This document shows positions 18,444-29,600 of a DNA stretch of 64,000 nucleotides, piece by piece. Numbering within the stretch: the first letter of the stretch is position 1; the number at the start of each line of letters is the position of its first letter. Below the pieces are notes generated by a model. That model saw only the letters and a list, made by a program, of their open reading frames with translations. It ran no database searches and was not told the DNA's origin. Both the position numbers and the translations under genes were made by a program. The stretch comes from Clostridiales bacterium (GTDB lineage: Bacteria > Bacillota > Clostridia > Christensenellales > UBA1242): positions 33,480-97,479 of the forward strand of contig SVIS01000002.1 in NCBI GenBank assembly GCA_015069385.1, in the 5' to 3' direction.

Positions 18444-18971
18444 TTAATTTAATAATTCTTTAATTTTATAAATAACTTTAGGTGCACAAATTAAAAACCA
18501 CGTTGCAAATTTTTGTGGATTTAAAACTAACTCTTTTTCTAAGTCAAAAATATTCCACCATTTTAATTCTGATATCTCATCTTTATTAAAATTTAAGTTT
18601 TCTTGTTTGTATTCACCAACCAAAACGTGGTCATATTCATACTCATATAAATCGTCTGCATATTTTGAAAGATAAGTGAAAGAAAAAAGTTCTTGTAAAT
18701 TTATTTTATCTTTAATTCCAAGTTCAAAATTTAACCTGCTATACACACTATCTAAAAAACTCATATTTGCTCTTGGGTGAGAACAACAAGAGTTTGCCCA
18801 AAGTCCACCAGAATGATATTTATTTAAAGCCCTTTTTTGTAATAAAATTTTATCACCACGGTATAAAAACACAGAAAAAGCACGGTGCAAAACTGGAGTT
18901 TTATGCGCCGTTAACTTTTCTATTGTTCCTATTGGGTTATCGTTTATATCAACTTTTATTATATTTTCCAT
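18444..18971 (-). CDS. idi: isopentenyl-diphosphate delta-isomerase, type 1 (Nudix fold)
   Basis: 175 aa. HRAFSVFLY...LLQKRALNKYHSGGLWANSCCSHP is the IDI-1 signature. Confidence 0.85.
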   Translation of the reverse strand: MENIIKVDINDNPIGTIEKLTAHKTPVLHRAFSVFLYRGDKILLQKRALNKYHSGGLWANSCCSHPRANMSFLDSVYSRLNFELGIKDKINLQELFSFTYLSKYADDLYEYEYDHVLVGEYKQENLNFNKDEISELKWWNIFDLEKELVLNPQKFATWFLICAPKVIYKIKELLN

Positions 18972-20269
18972 TATAATACATATTTCTTTAAATCATGAGA
19001 TTTAATATTATCTTTAAATATTTCTTTAACATAGTTGGCGGTAACTTTTAAGTTTATTTCATCTTCACCATTTGCTGTAAATGAAATTTCTTCTAGAAGC
19101 CTTTCCATTATTGTATGAAGTCTTCTTGCACCTATATTCTCTTTTGTTTCATTTTCTTCTTCTGCAAAACGAGCAATTTCTTCTAGTGCATCATCGGTAA
19201 ATTCTAAATTTACTTTATCAACAGAAAGTAAACTTTCGTATTGGAAAGTAATTGCATTTTTAGGCTCTTTTAAAATGCGTTTAAAATCATCTTTTTTAAG
19301 GCTATTAAGTTGTACCATTACAGGAAAACGACCTTGAAGTTCGGGAATCATATCTTCCACTTTAGATACATGGAAAGCACCTGCGCAAATAAATAAAATA
19401 AAGTCAGTTTTTACATTTCCAAATTTTGTATTTACTGTACAACCCTCTACTATTGGCAATATATCTCGTTGAACGCCTTCTCTAGAAACATCGGGACCAT
19501 TACTAGAAGATTTTCCAATAATTTTATCCATTTCATCAATAAATACAATACCTTCTTCTTCTGCACGTCTTACACCTTCGGCATTTACAGCATCCATATC
19601 TATAAGTTTTTCAGCCTCTTCGGCAATTAATGTTTCTTTTGCTTTTAATACAGTCATTTTTTTGTTTATTTTACGACCTGGGAACATTCCGCCAAGTATA
19701 CCACCAAAATTTATTTCGCCCATACCCTCTATTACATTTACAGATTTTGGTTGTTCTGAAACAGCAACTTCAATAATTTCTTTATCATACAAACCTTGTA
19801 AATAATCAAGTTTAATTGCTTCTTTACTTTTTGGTAGTTCATCTTCTTTAGGTACTTGATTTTTAAATAAAATATCACAAATTTTGTTAGTGACAGCAAT
19901 GCTTGCCTTTGCTTCTACTTCTTTGGTTTTTTCCTCTTTAACCATGTTTATTGATACAGTTACAAGGTCACGTATCATGCTTTCAACATCTCTACCAACA
20001 TAGCCAACTTCGGTATATTTTGTTGCTTCAACCTTAACAAAAGGTGCTTTAACAAGGCGTGCTAACCTACGAGCAATTTCCGTTTTACCAACACCAGTAG
20101 GGCCCTTCATAATAATATTTTTTGGTGTAATTTCATCACGTACATCTTTTGGAAGAGAGTTTCTTCTGTATCTATTTCTTAGGGCAACAGCAACTGCTTT
20201 TTTAGCCTCACTTTGACCAATAATGTATTTATCTAATTCTTCTACAACTTGTTTTGGAGTAAGTTCCAT
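18971..20269 (-). CDS. hslU: ATP-dependent protease ATPase subunit HslU
   Basis: 432 aa. MELTPKQVVEELDKYIIGQ, Walker A GPTGVGKTEIARRLA, Walker B IVFIDEMDK. Confidence 0.95.
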   Translation of the reverse strand: MELTPKQVVEELDKYIIGQSEAKKAVAVALRNRYRRNSLPKDVRDEITPKNIIMKGPTGVGKTEIARRLARLVKAPFVKVEATKYTEVGYVGRDVESMIRDLVTVSINMVKEEKTKEVEAKASIAVTNKICDILFKNQVPKEDELPKSKEAIKLDYLQGLYDKEIIEVAVSEQPKSVNVIEGMGEINFGGILGGMFPGRKINKKMTVLKAKETLIAEEAEKLIDMDAVNAEGVRRAEEEGIVFIDEMDKIIGKSSSNGPDVSREGVQRDILPIVEGCTVNTKFGNVKTDFILFICAGAFHVSKVEDMIPELQGRFPVMVQLNSLKKDDFKRILKEPKNAITFQYESLLSVDKVNLEFTDDALEEIARFAEEENETKENIGARRLHTIMERLLEEISFTANGEDEINLKVTANYVKEIFKDNIKSHDLKKYVL

Positions 20270-20270
20270 A

Positions 20271-20810
20271 TTACACCTCCTCTACTGTTAAATGGTTATT
20301 TGTAAACACACAAATGTTTCCCGCTATTGTAAGTGCTTTTATAGCAATGTCTTTGGCTGACAAATCGGTGTTTTCTTTCAACGCTTTTGCGGCAGCAAGT
20401 GCATAGTTACCGCCACTGCCTATTGCTAAAATATCATCTTCTGGTTCTATCACCTCACCACTACCAGAAACCATAAGCATTTGGTCTTTATCCGCAACAA
20501 TCATTAATGCCTCTAATTGCCTTAAAGCCTTGTCTGTTCTCCAAAGAGCGGCAAGTTCAACGGCAGACTTCATTAAATTGCCAGCAAATTTATTTAACAT
20601 TTGTTCAAAACGTTCACTTAAACTAAATGCATCGGCAACCGAGCCGGCAAAGCCAATTACTACGTTATTGTTATATAACCTACGAACTTTAACAGCATTA
20701 TTTTTAAAAATAACGCTTTGTGACATTGTAACTTGACCATCTCCACAAACAGCAGTTTTACCATTACGCTTAACTGCACAAATTGTTGTGCCTCTAAACA
20801 TATTTTCCAT
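20271..20810 (-). CDS. hslV: ATP-dependent protease subunit HslV
   Basis: 179 aa. N-terminal [14 protein letters not shown]...GDGQVT and [11 protein letters not shown] motifs. Immediately upstream of hslU. Confidence 0.95.
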   Translation of the reverse strand: MENMFRGTTICAVKRNGKTAVCGDGQVTMSQSVIFKNNAVKVRRLYNNNVVIGFAGSVADAFSLSERFEQMLNKFAGNLMKSAVELAALWRTDKALRQLEALMIVADKDQMLMVSGSGEVIEPEDDILAIGSGGNYALAAAKALKENTDLSAKDIAIKALTIAGNICVFTNNHLTVEEV

Positions 20811-22135
20811 TAATCTTCCTCCAGTTTTTTTAAAAAAATATCTATTTGATTTATTGATTCTCCAAATATTTTTTGCTTCTTTTGTTGTTTATCTCGAATA
20901 TTTTCAGCCTGAACAATACCATAATTCGCATTCATTGGCTGAAAATCTTTTTCCGGTGCAAATGCTATATAGTTTTGAATTGCACCTAAAACGGTTGTGC
21001 TAGGCAAACTTAAAAGTTTTTTACCATTTAAGAACCTTAACATATTAATGGCCACATATAAACCGCTTGCCATGCTTTCTACATACCCTTCTACCCCAGA
21101 AAGTTGCCCAGCAATAAAGATGTTTGGCAAAAGTTTAATTTGCGAAAATTCATTCAAAATTTTAGGTGCGTTAATATATGAATTTCTGTGCATAGTTCCA
21201 TATCTTATAAACTCTGCATTTTTTAACGCAGGAATTAAGCCAAATACTCTTTTTTGTTCTGGAAATGTTAAATTTGTTTGAAATCCAACCATATTTAAAC
21301 TATTGCCAAGCAAATTTTCTTTACGAAGTTGTATTGCGGCATATGGTCTTTCTTGATATCTTTCATCTCTTAACCCTACAGGTTTCATAGGACCATATCT
21401 AAGGGCATCGACCCCTCTTTTTGCCATTACTTCCACAGGCATGCAGCCTTCAAAAACTTTTATTTTTTCGAACTCATGAAGTTCTACCGTTTTTGCATTT
21501 ATAAGTTCATTATAAAACTTTAAATATTCCTCTTTATTCATTAAGCAATTTAAATAATCAGCTGTTTCGCCTTTGTTATATCTATTGCCCCAATATGCTC
21601 TTGACATATCAATGCTATCAGTAGCAACTATTGGTGCAATTGCATCGTAAAAATAACATGATGTTTCACCAATTAATTGTTTTAAATTTTCAAAAAGATC
21701 TTCATCAATTAACGGCCCGCAAGCAACTATACAAGGCTTTGAGATATCAATTTTTTTAACAACTTCATTAATCAATTCAATATTCTCGTTGTTTTTTATT
21801 AAGTTGGTTACGGCTTTCCCAAACTCCTCTCGGTTAACTGAAAGAGCACCACCGCTAGGCACTCTATTTTCTTTTGCAAGCGGAATAAGGTGAGAACCCA
21901 ATTTTTCCATTTCAAGTTTTAAAAGTCCACTGGCACTTAAATAATCTTCACCCTTTAAACTATTTGAACAAACTAGTTCTGCCAAACTTTCACTTTTTTG
22001 TGCAGGTGTTTTTTTTATACTTTTCATTTCATAAAGTTTCACCTTTACTCCATATTTTGCAAGATACAATGCCGCCTCGCAACCAGCAAGCCCTGCACCA
22101 ATTATTATTACTTCTTTATTCTTCAATGTAGTCAC
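20810..22135 (-). CDS. trmFO: methylenetetrahydrofolate--tRNA-(uracil-5-)-methyltransferase
   Basis: 441 aa. FAD-binding [12 protein letters not shown]. Conserved topA-trmFO-hslVU synteny. Confidence 0.9.
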   Translation of the reverse strand: MTTLKNKEVIIIGAGLAGCEAALYLAKYGVKVKLYEMKSIKKTPAQKSESLAELVCSNSLKGEDYLSASGLLKLEMEKLGSHLIPLAKENRVPSGGALSVNREEFGKAVTNLIKNNENIELINEVVKKIDISKPCIVACGPLIDEDLFENLKQLIGETSCYFYDAIAPIVATDSIDMSRAYWGNRYNKGETADYLNCLMNKEEYLKFYNELINAKTVELHEFEKIKVFEGCMPVEVMAKRGVDALRYGPMKPVGLRDERYQERPYAAIQLRKENLLGNSLNMVGFQTNLTFPEQKRVFGLIPALKNAEFIRYGTMHRNSYINAPKILNEFSQIKLLPNIFIAGQLSGVEGYVESMASGLYVAINMLRFLNGKKLLSLPSTTVLGAIQNYIAFAPEKDFQPMNANYGIVQAENIRDKQQKKQKIFGESINQIDIFLKKLEED

Positions 22136-24188
22136 AATCCTTATTACTGCATTTTATTATTTCTTTTCCACGAACTTTTTTTGTTATAATATGCTCATTA
22201 CATTTTGGGCAAAGTTTACCAATTGGCTCGTCCCAACTCATAAATTTACAATTTGTATAGTCTTCGCAAGAGTAATATATTTTACCTGCTTTACTTTTAC
22301 GCTCAGTCATGCGTTTCCCACATTTAGGGCAAGTGCCTTTATATATGGTTTCTTCCATTGCTTTAATGTTTTTACATGCAGGAAAATTTGAACAACCCAA
22401 AAATTTTCCATATCTTCCCTCACGAATTACCATTATATGTCCACATTTTTCACATTTAATATCGGTTTTTTGTGGCTCTGCTTTCATTTTTTCCCCGCCA
22501 TTTGCGGTTGTTAAAAGCGGCTCTAAAAAATGCCAAAACTTGCTAATAACTTTATGCCAATCCTCTTCTTTTTCTGCAATATCATCTAGTTTTGCTTCCA
22601 TATCGGCAGTAAAATCTAAATTAAATACTTTTTCAAAATACTTCTGCAAAAAGTCGGTTACCGTCATTCCTACTTCGGTTGGATATAAATACTTTTTATC
22701 TCTTTCGGTATAATTACGATTTGCCAATACTGAAATTGTTGGAGCATATGTTGCAGGTCTTCCAATACCATATTCATCCATGGCTTTAATGAGCGATGCT
22801 TCGGTATATCTTGAAGGCGGCTTTGTAAATTTTTGTTCTTTTTTTATTGAGTTAAAGTGCAATACCTCACCCTCTTGCATTGGTGGAAGTTTATCTGCTA
22901 CTTCATTGTCTTCTTGCTTTTCTTCAACTTGTTTATACGCACTAGTCCAACCAGCAAAAGTCATTGTTTTGCCTGTTACTCTAAAAGTAATATCGTTTGC
23001 ATTAATATCTACAGTTACATTATCGTATTGTGCAGGTGACATTTGACTTGCTAAAAAACGCTCATAAATTAATTTGTATAACTTATATACTTCTGGCTTT
23101 AACGCACTTTTTAAATCATCTGGTCGTCTTGCAAGAGAAATTGGTCTTATTGCCTCGTGCGCATCTTGTGCATCTTTTTTACTTGAATAAACATTTGGCT
23201 TTGTAGGTAAAAAATCTTTACCATATTCAGAATTAATATATTCTTTTGCCATTTGCATAGCATCGGCAGAAACGCGGGTTGAGTCGGTTCTTATATATGT
23301 GATTAAAGCAGTTTTACCTTCGCCCGGCAATTCAACGCCTTCGTATAATATTTGTGCAACCTTAGTTGTTGCTGCTGTACTCATGCCCGCCTTGTTTTGA
23401 GCCTCTTGTTGCATTGTAGAAGTTGTAAATGGTGCAGGAGCATGTGAAGATGTTTTGCTCTTTTTTATTTTAGTAATTTTATATTCAGCATTTTCTATTC
23501 CTACAGTGGCTTGTTCTACCTCTTCTTTATTTTTAAATTTGACTTTTTTGCCTTTATAAAGTACTGCTGCTGCTTTAAAAATTTGGTTATCTTCAAACTT
23601 GTTTAAATCAACCGAAACATTCCAGTATTCTTCTGGTTTAAAATTAATAATTTCACGCTCACGGTCTACAACTAATTTTAAACATACTGATTGAACTCTA
23701 CCAGCACTTAAATTAGACTTAATTTTTTTACAAATTATTGGTGAAACTTTATAACCAACAAGCCTATCGAGTATTCTTCTTGCTTGCTGTGCATCTACTA
23801 AATTTTGGTCAATGCATCTTGGTTTTGTTAATGCTGTTTGAACTGCTGTTTTAGAAATTTCATTAAACGTAATACGACATTTTTGTTCTTGTGCTATTCC
23901 TAAAATATAAGCAATATGCCAAGCTATTGCTTCTCCCTCCCTATCCGGGTCGGATGCAATTAAAACCTCATCAGCTTTTTTAGCTGCGCGTTTTAACTCG
24001 TTTACAATAGAATTTTTATCTGCCATAATTTCATAAGTAGGCTCAAAATTATTTTTTATATCTACTGCAAAACTTTTTGTTGGAAGATCACGAATATGCC
24101 CTTTTGTAGACATAACTTCATATCCTTCTCCTAAATATTTTTTTAGTGATTCTCGTTTATTTGGTGACTCAATAATTACTAATTTCAT
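22116..24188 (-). CDS. topA: DNA topoisomerase I
   Basis: 690 aa. TOPRIM N-terminus (KLVIIESPNK...DPDREGEAIAWH), active-site region YIRTDSTR, C-terminal Cys4 zinc ribbons. Confidence 0.95.
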   Translation of the reverse strand: MKLVIIESPNKRESLKKYLGEGYEVMSTKGHIRDLPTKSFAVDIKNNFEPTYEIMADKNSIVNELKRAAKKADEVLIASDPDREGEAIAWHIAYILGIAQEQKCRITFNEISKTAVQTALTKPRCIDQNLVDAQQARRILDRLVGYKVSPIICKKIKSNLSAGRVQSVCLKLVVDREREIINFKPEEYWNVSVDLNKFEDNQIFKAAAVLYKGKKVKFKNKEEVEQATVGIENAEYKITKIKKSKTSSHAPAPFTTSTMQQEAQNKAGMSTAATTKVAQILYEGVELPGEGKTALITYIRTDSTRVSADAMQMAKEYINSEYGKDFLPTKPNVYSSKKDAQDAHEAIRPISLARRPDDLKSALKPEVYKLYKLIYERFLASQMSPAQYDNVTVDINANDITFRVTGKTMTFAGWTSAYKQVEEKQEDNEVADKLPPMQEGEVLHFNSIKKEQKFTKPPSRYTEASLIKAMDEYGIGRPATYAPTISVLANRNYTERDKKYLYPTEVGMTVTDFLQKYFEKVFNLDFTADMEAKLDDIAEKEEDWHKVISKFWHFLEPLLTTANGGEKMKAEPQKTDIKCEKCGHIMVIREGRYGKFLGCSNFPACKNIKAMEETIYKGTCPKCGKRMTERKSKAGKIYYSCEDYTNCKFMSWDEPIGKLCPKCNEHIITKKVRGKEIIKCSNKDCDYIEE

Positions 24189-24218
24189 AAATCTCCATTA
24201 TTTTTAACAATATAGAAG

Positions 24219-25307
24219 TTAGCAAAGAATATATTTATTTCCTGCCAATTTTTTAATTATTCCACGAATTTCCATTGATGTCAAATTGATATTTAAGGTT
24301 TGTGTTGAATATTGTGTTTTTTCTTGTAAAAACTCAAAGTCTTTTTCGCCCTCTTTAAGAAAAGAACTTATTAAAGTTTCTTCAATTGTTAATTGCATAA
24401 CTTGGTTTTTATTTTCTTTAGGTTTAATACCAAAAATACATAATATATCTTCTGGGTTTGTTACGCATGCTGCAGCACCACGTTTTATTAAATCGTTAGT
24501 GGCATACGATAATTCACTCATTATACTACCAGGCACACAATATGTATCTATACCCATTTCAGTGCCATATTCCATAGTGTAAAGACTGCCACTTTTTTTG
24601 CCAGCCTCGGTTATTAAAATTGCATCAGAAAATGCTGCAATTATTCTATTACGATGAGGGAATGAATACTTTGTTGGTTGAATATTTAAAAAATACTCTG
24701 TAATAATTAAACCTTTTTTAGCCACTTCGCGAGCCAAATTTACATTCATTGCTGGATAAATTTGGTCAAAACCACCACCAAGAACAGCAATAGTTTTACC
24801 ATTAACCTCTAAACAAACCTCATGAGAAATTTTATCAACTCCACTAGCCAGCCCACTAATTATAGTTATATTATTTTGTGCTAAACTTTTTGAAAATTTT
24901 TCAGTTACTAATTTGCCATATGTTGATGGATTACGTGCGCCCACAATAGCAACAGTTTGTGTATTAATTAAATCTAAATTACCAACATAAAAAAGAATAT
25001 ATGGAGGATTAGATAATTTATGCAACTTACTTGGATAGTTTTTTGAAAAGATTGTTAAACATTTAATACCTCTATTATTTAACATTTGAAAAAAAGTATT
25101 TTCATTAAAGTTTTCTTTAGATTCAATAAATGTATTAAAATGTGTTTTTAAAATTGGTTTTAAACATTCAAGTTCTGTGCAACTAGAAGATAATATTTTA
25201 CTAGGCTCTTCTAAACACTCGCATACTTCTTGCATTTTTTTAGATGTCATGAACTCAAATTGGCTTAAAAAAATTAATGCTTTTTCATCTTGACTATAAT
25301 TAATCAT
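24219..25307 (-). CDS. dprA: DNA-processing protein DprA
   Basis: 362 aa. Rossmann-like VAIVGARNPSTYG...SGLASGVDKISH core of DprA/Smf. Confidence 0.9.
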   Translation of the reverse strand: MINYSQDEKALIFLSQFEFMTSKKMQEVCECLEEPSKILSSSCTELECLKPILKTHFNTFIESKENFNENTFFQMLNNRGIKCLTIFSKNYPSKLHKLSNPPYILFYVGNLDLINTQTVAIVGARNPSTYGKLVTEKFSKSLAQNNITIISGLASGVDKISHEVCLEVNGKTIAVLGGGFDQIYPAMNVNLAREVAKKGLIITEYFLNIQPTKYSFPHRNRIIAAFSDAILITEAGKKSGSLYTMEYGTEMGIDTYCVPGSIMSELSYATNDLIKRGAAACVTNPEDILCIFGIKPKENKNQVMQLTIEETLISSFLKEGEKDFEFLQEKTQYSTQTLNINLTSMEIRGIIKKLAGNKYILC

Positions 25308-26845
25308 ATGCCATATTTCCTATCTAATGACCTATAATTTATTGCCTCGGCAATATGTGTTGCTTTTATAGTTTGACTTCCTTCTAAATCCGCAATTGTA
25401 CGTGCAACCTTTAAAATTCTGTCATGTGCTCTAGCAGACATCTTTAATTTATCAAAAGCAACTTTAACTAAATTTTCGGCTTCATCATCTAGTGAACAAT
25501 ATTTTTTAGTTTGTACTACATTCATTTTAGCATTTGAATATATTTTTGAATTTTTAAACCTTTGCAATTGAATTTGTCTTGCACTATTTACTCTTTGTTT
25601 GATTGACTCTGATGCTTCTTCCTCTTTTTTACTAGATAAATCGTCATATGTAACAGAATCAACTTCAACATGAAGATCAATTCTATCCATAATAGGACCA
25701 CTAAGTTTTGATAAATATTTATGAATTTGTTGAGGTGTACAACGACAAACTTGAGTTTTACTTCCATAGTTGCCACAAGGACAAGGATTCATGCTGGCAA
25801 TCATAATATATGATGCTGGATATGTAACTGTAAGTTTGTTTCTTGCAACTGTAATTTGACCATCTTCTAGTGGTTGCCTTAGTACTTCTATAAATTGGCG
25901 AGAATATTCTGGCAATTCATCTAAAAATAATACACCATTATGCGCCAAACTAATTTCGCCGGGTTTTGCATCTTTGCCGCCACCTGCAAGTGCTATAGTT
26001 GTTGCTGTGTGATGAGGCGTTCTAAAAGGACGGTTTGTTATAATGCCCTTATTGCTATCTAAAATGCCAGCTATACTATGAATTTTTGTTACTTCAAGTG
26101 CTTCATCAAAAGTCATATCTGGCAATATCCCTGGAAAACATCTTGCAAGCAAAGTTTTACCACTTCCTGGAGGACCAATCATTAAAATATTATGCCCACC
26201 AGCAGCAGCAATTTCTAGTGCCCTTTTTGCAACTGCCTGCCCTTTTACATTTTTCATGTCAATAATATGGGCGTTTGCCTCTTTTTGAATTTCGGCATAA
26301 TTAGATGGGGTTACCACATGTAAAGGAATAGATTCTTCCTCAGCGAAATGCTTTACAACATCTTGTAAAGTATTTGCTACCATTATTTCTATGCCATCAA
26401 TAAAACTTGCCTCTAAACTATTAGCACTTGGCATTATGAATTTTTTGCAACCATTTGCGCGAGCCGAAATAAGCATAGGCAAAACACCATTAACTTTTTT
26501 AATTGTGCCATCAAGAGATAGTTCACCAAAAAACACAATGTCTTTTATTTTTTTATAATTTATTTTTCCATTTGCTGACAAAATTGCAACTGCAATTGGT
26601 AGGTCATAAATTGGACCTTCTTTCTTTTTATCTGCCGGCGCCAAGTTGATTGTTATTGCATCTATAGGGTAATTAAGCCCTGAATTTTTAATTGCCGAAC
26701 GCACTCTATCTTTACTTTCCTTTATTGCTGTATCGGCAAGCCCAACTATATCAAACTTACTAAGGCCTGCAGAAATATCCGCTTCAATTTCTACAGGAAA
26801 ACCATCTAAACCATTTAAACCATAACTTAAAACTTTTGCTAACAT
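25304..26845 (-). CDS. comM: YifB/ComM family Mg-chelatase-like AAA+ ATPase
   Basis: 513 aa. Lon-like N-domain, Walker A GPPGSGKTLLA, GVLFLDELPE, Cys cluster CPCGNYGSKTQVCRC. Confidence 0.9.
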   Translation of the reverse strand: MLAKVLSYGLNGLDGFPVEIEADISAGLSKFDIVGLADTAIKESKDRVRSAIKNSGLNYPIDAITINLAPADKKKEGPIYDLPIAVAILSANGKINYKKIKDIVFFGELSLDGTIKKVNGVLPMLISARANGCKKFIMPSANSLEASFIDGIEIMVANTLQDVVKHFAEEESIPLHVVTPSNYAEIQKEANAHIIDMKNVKGQAVAKRALEIAAAGGHNILMIGPPGSGKTLLARCFPGILPDMTFDEALEVTKIHSIAGILDSNKGIITNRPFRTPHHTATTIALAGGGKDAKPGEISLAHNGVLFLDELPEYSRQFIEVLRQPLEDGQITVARNKLTVTYPASYIMIASMNPCPCGNYGSKTQVCRCTPQQIHKYLSKLSGPIMDRIDLHVEVDSVTYDDLSSKKEEEASESIKQRVNSARQIQLQRFKNSKIYSNAKMNVVQTKKYCSLDDEAENLVKVAFDKLKMSARAHDRILKVARTIADLEGSQTIKATHIAEAINYRSLDRKYGI

Positions 26846-26959
26846 ATTTGCTCCTAAAAGGAATTATACAATAAATTTATTTTTTTTCAAAACAATTACT
26901 AAAAGCAAAACAAACTTTTAAAAAACAAGCCTAGTTAAAGACTTGTTTAATTTACAAAT

Positions 26960-27928
26960 TTATTTTGTAATTTCTTCTTGAGTAGTAGTTGCAAAAAGTT
27001 GGTTAATTACTTTACTTTTTTGAAGTTTAGTTTGAACTTCTTTATATTTTTCATCATACCAAGAACTATAGTGCGGCTCACAATGACACATATAATGTCT
27101 TTCTCTATATGGCGAGCATGTTTTTTCAATAAATTCTCGTAATTGTTCTTTATTTTTACCAGAAGCATTAAAGGCTTTTACTATAAGTTTTTTGTTTGCT
27201 AAAACTTGATTTATTGGTAAATATTTTAAAGCTTTAAACCCAGATTTTTCTATTGCTAAACTTACATAATCTAAATAATTTTCTAAATTATTTGGAATGT
27301 ATTTTAATGCATCGGCACCAAATTTAGCAACTTGTTGTTTTACAAATTCTTCCCTCAAAGTTAAATTAAGAAATTTTTGTTCATATACATAACTATAAGT
27401 ATAATTATGTTCTGCGACATACTCTAAAATATTTTCATTTGGAAATTCATTTGCAAGTTTAATTATTAAATCTATATTTTTTAATACTTCTTTATTATTA
27501 TTTAAAATATTATAAAGGAGTGTATACTTCATAAAGTAATAGCCACTTGGATATTTTTCTAACATTTTTGCATGTAGCAATTTTATGTACTCTATCATAA
27601 AATCTGTATTTTTTTTAAGTTCTTCACTAAAAGAATCACAATGATGATATTTATCAAGCATATTATCATTACTTTTTAATAATTTTAACATAAAAGCAGC
27701 ATCATTTTTTTGTTCATCTAACAAATATATTTGCCACAATTCTTCTCTTTTTGCTTGACGAGCAAATTCTAATGTTTTTGCATTGAGCGATTCAATTGTA
27801 TCATATTTATTAAAGCCTATTTTTTTAAGAAATTTTGCAGTTTGCCTTGCAACATATTTATTATGAGATTTAATTTCTTTTTCTATTCTTTTTTTCATGC
27901 TGTTAATTTGTTTATCGTTTTTATCCAT
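26960..27928 (-). CDS. hypothetical protein (possibly DUF4116-like repeats)
   Basis: 322-aa helical ORF. Weak repeats such as ...GADALKYIPNNL... and ...GFKALKYLPINQ. Confidence 0.4.
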   Translation of the reverse strand: MDKNDKQINSMKKRIEKEIKSHNKYVARQTAKFLKKIGFNKYDTIESLNAKTLEFARQAKREELWQIYLLDEQKNDAAFMLKLLKSNDNMLDKYHHCDSFSEELKKNTDFMIEYIKLLHAKMLEKYPSGYYFMKYTLLYNILNNNKEVLKNIDLIIKLANEFPNENILEYVAEHNYTYSYVYEQKFLNLTLREEFVKQQVAKFGADALKYIPNNLENYLDYVSLAIEKSGFKALKYLPINQVLANKKLIVKAFNASGKNKEQLREFIEKTCSPYRERHYMCHCEPHYSSWYDEKYKEVQTKLQKSKVINQLFATTTQEEITK

Positions 27929-27958
27929 TTACACATTTCTCCCTAATACATAAAAAAT

Positions 27959-28009
27959 ATACCATAGTATTACTTAAATTTCAAGAGGCAATTTATAATA
28001 CTATGGTAT
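27959..28009 (-). terminator. long-stem terminator
   Basis: Perfect 14-bp inverted repeat ATACCATAGTATTA / TAATACTATGGTAT (27959-27972, 27996-28009), followed by ATTTTTT on the minus strand. Confidence 0.6.
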
Positions 28010-28015
28010 ATTATT

Positions 28016-29146
28016 TTAAGCCCAGTTTTGAGGACAAGTACGATTTTCTTTAAACCAAGCAGTATCTTTAAGTAGTGTATTGTTATTGCTACACTCAACA
28101 CTAATATTAGAAGCCGTTGCTGTTACAACGATATTACCGTTCATTGATTGATAACCATTATTTACATATTTCTTTTTGTCTTCATCGTATCTTATTGGAC
28201 CTAGTGTTGTCACATAAACTTTGTCGGTATGTTTGCTGATTCTGTCTATAAAATCTTGAGTTGGAAAAGTATTTTCCATTGTTTGAGTATATTCTACATT
28301 TCCAGCGCAGCAACAAACGCAACATATGTCTGGCGTAATTTTATTAAGTAGGATATCATGCGAACTTGTTTTAGAGCCATGATGACCTGCTTTATATAAA
28401 TCCACATGTGGAAGGTCGTTAAGTTCAACCAAACTTTCTTCCCCATCTTCTTCTAAGTCGCCAGTAAATAAAAAGTTTCTTTGAGTATGAGTAAAAAGCG
28501 TGCAAACTGAATGATTATTTTCAGTTGTAGATGCCTCATGATAATATTTTTGATTAAGTATTGTCATAGTTATGCTTGTTGTAATTTCAAATACTTGCTT
28601 TGCACCATTTGTTTCCATTACACACTCTTGAGCGGTATAATGAACGGCTCCGCGCTGTATAGCCTCTGATAATTCCCTTTGATAATTTTTGTACATTTTT
28701 TGATCTGCTTTTTCAGAAGTTATTTGAGAAAAATCAATTATTGTACCAATTTCATACATATCAAAAATGCTTTCTGTATTTGTGTTTGTTGCAAAACCTG
28801 CATAGTGATCCTCATGTGCATGAGTTACAATTACATATTCAAGCGAGCCATCAGTAACATATTTATTTAAATATGATGTTATTGTTGGAATTGATGAATA
28901 GTTAGAACCTGCGTCAATTAAAATATCATATTCATCTGCTTTTATGTATGTACAATCGCCCGTTTTATCATTGCCTAATTCTAAAAAGTGAAAAGCAATT
29001 TCTCCAGCACTATATACTTGTATGGCGGCAATTTCTTTTTGTGTTATATAAACATAAAGCCCAGCGACACCAACACAAAAACCTAAGAGTATACATACTA
29101 CACATAGCAAAAAAGAAGAAAAGCCATTATATTGTTTCTTAGCCAT
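28016..29146 (-). CDS. membrane-anchored MBL-fold metallo-hydrolase (ComEC C-terminal-domain-like)
   Basis: 376 aa. N-terminal TM helix, HAHEDHYAG (HxHxDH) motif and a downstream GHHGS. Confidence 0.75.
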   Translation of the reverse strand: MAKKQYNGFSSFLLCVVCILLGFCVGVAGLYVYITQKEIAAIQVYSAGEIAFHFLELGNDKTGDCTYIKADEYDILIDAGSNYSSIPTITSYLNKYVTDGSLEYVIVTHAHEDHYAGFATNTNTESIFDMYEIGTIIDFSQITSEKADQKMYKNYQRELSEAIQRGAVHYTAQECVMETNGAKQVFEITTSITMTILNQKYYHEASTTENNHSVCTLFTHTQRNFLFTGDLEEDGEESLVELNDLPHVDLYKAGHHGSKTSSHDILLNKITPDICCVCCCAGNVEYTQTMENTFPTQDFIDRISKHTDKVYVTTLGPIRYDEDKKKYVNNGYQSMNGNIVVTATASNISVECSNNNTLLKDTAWFKENRTCPQNWA

Positions 29147-29525
29147 TTGTCACCTCACCTACTACAATTTTTTTATAAAGTGTGTAACCTTTAAAACGAA
29201 AATTGTCTACCGTATATTTTAAAATATATTCACCTTGGTTAGAAGTATCTACTGTTCCTTTTATTATTACTTCATTTGATATATCTTTATTAAATGCAAT
29301 TATTTTTGCACCATACTCTATATATTCCTCACCAATTTCAAGTTCAATATATGAATCACCAATTAACTCAAAGGTATCATTTTTTGTTAAATAATATGTA
29401 GTAAAAACTCCACCTGCAAAAGCAATTAAAAAGCAAATAATTGCTATTATAATTGTAGGTTTACTGAATTTTTTTATTTCTTTTTTAATTTTATTTAAAT
29501 TCTTTTTTGTACTTTTTTTAGCCAT
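29139..29525 (-). CDS. membrane-anchored Ig-like (DUF5011-type) domain protein
   Basis: 128 aa. TM helix followed by the YIEYGAKIIAFNKDIS...GEYILKYTV pattern. Overlaps the downstream gene by 8 nt. Confidence 0.5.
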   Translation of the reverse strand: MAKKSTKKNLNKIKKEIKKFSKPTIIIAIICFLIAFAGGVFTTYYLTKNDTFELIGDSYIELEIGEEYIEYGAKIIAFNKDISNEVIIKGTVDTSNQGEYILKYTVDNFRFKGYTLYKKIVVGEVTNG

Positions 29526-29600
29526 ATAAATCCTTTTAAATTCTAGCGAATTTTAATATTTTTTAATTAATTTTGAAATAAATAATATTTAAATAAATAT

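Noticed and set aside
22191-23046. Several 60-134-aa + strand ORFs (22191, 22309, 22780, 22857), and many similar ones across the window (for example 2507, 3376, 6696, 8634, 8837, 12842-13879, 17578, 20530, 24286, 30617, 32114, 41832, 43409, 49520, 52060, 57387, 60370, 63622)
   Set aside because: All are antisense to, or nested within, long well-supported genes. They lack RBSs and have low-complexity, hydrophobic or Cys/Phe-rich translations, which is typical of shadow ORFs in AT-rich DNA.
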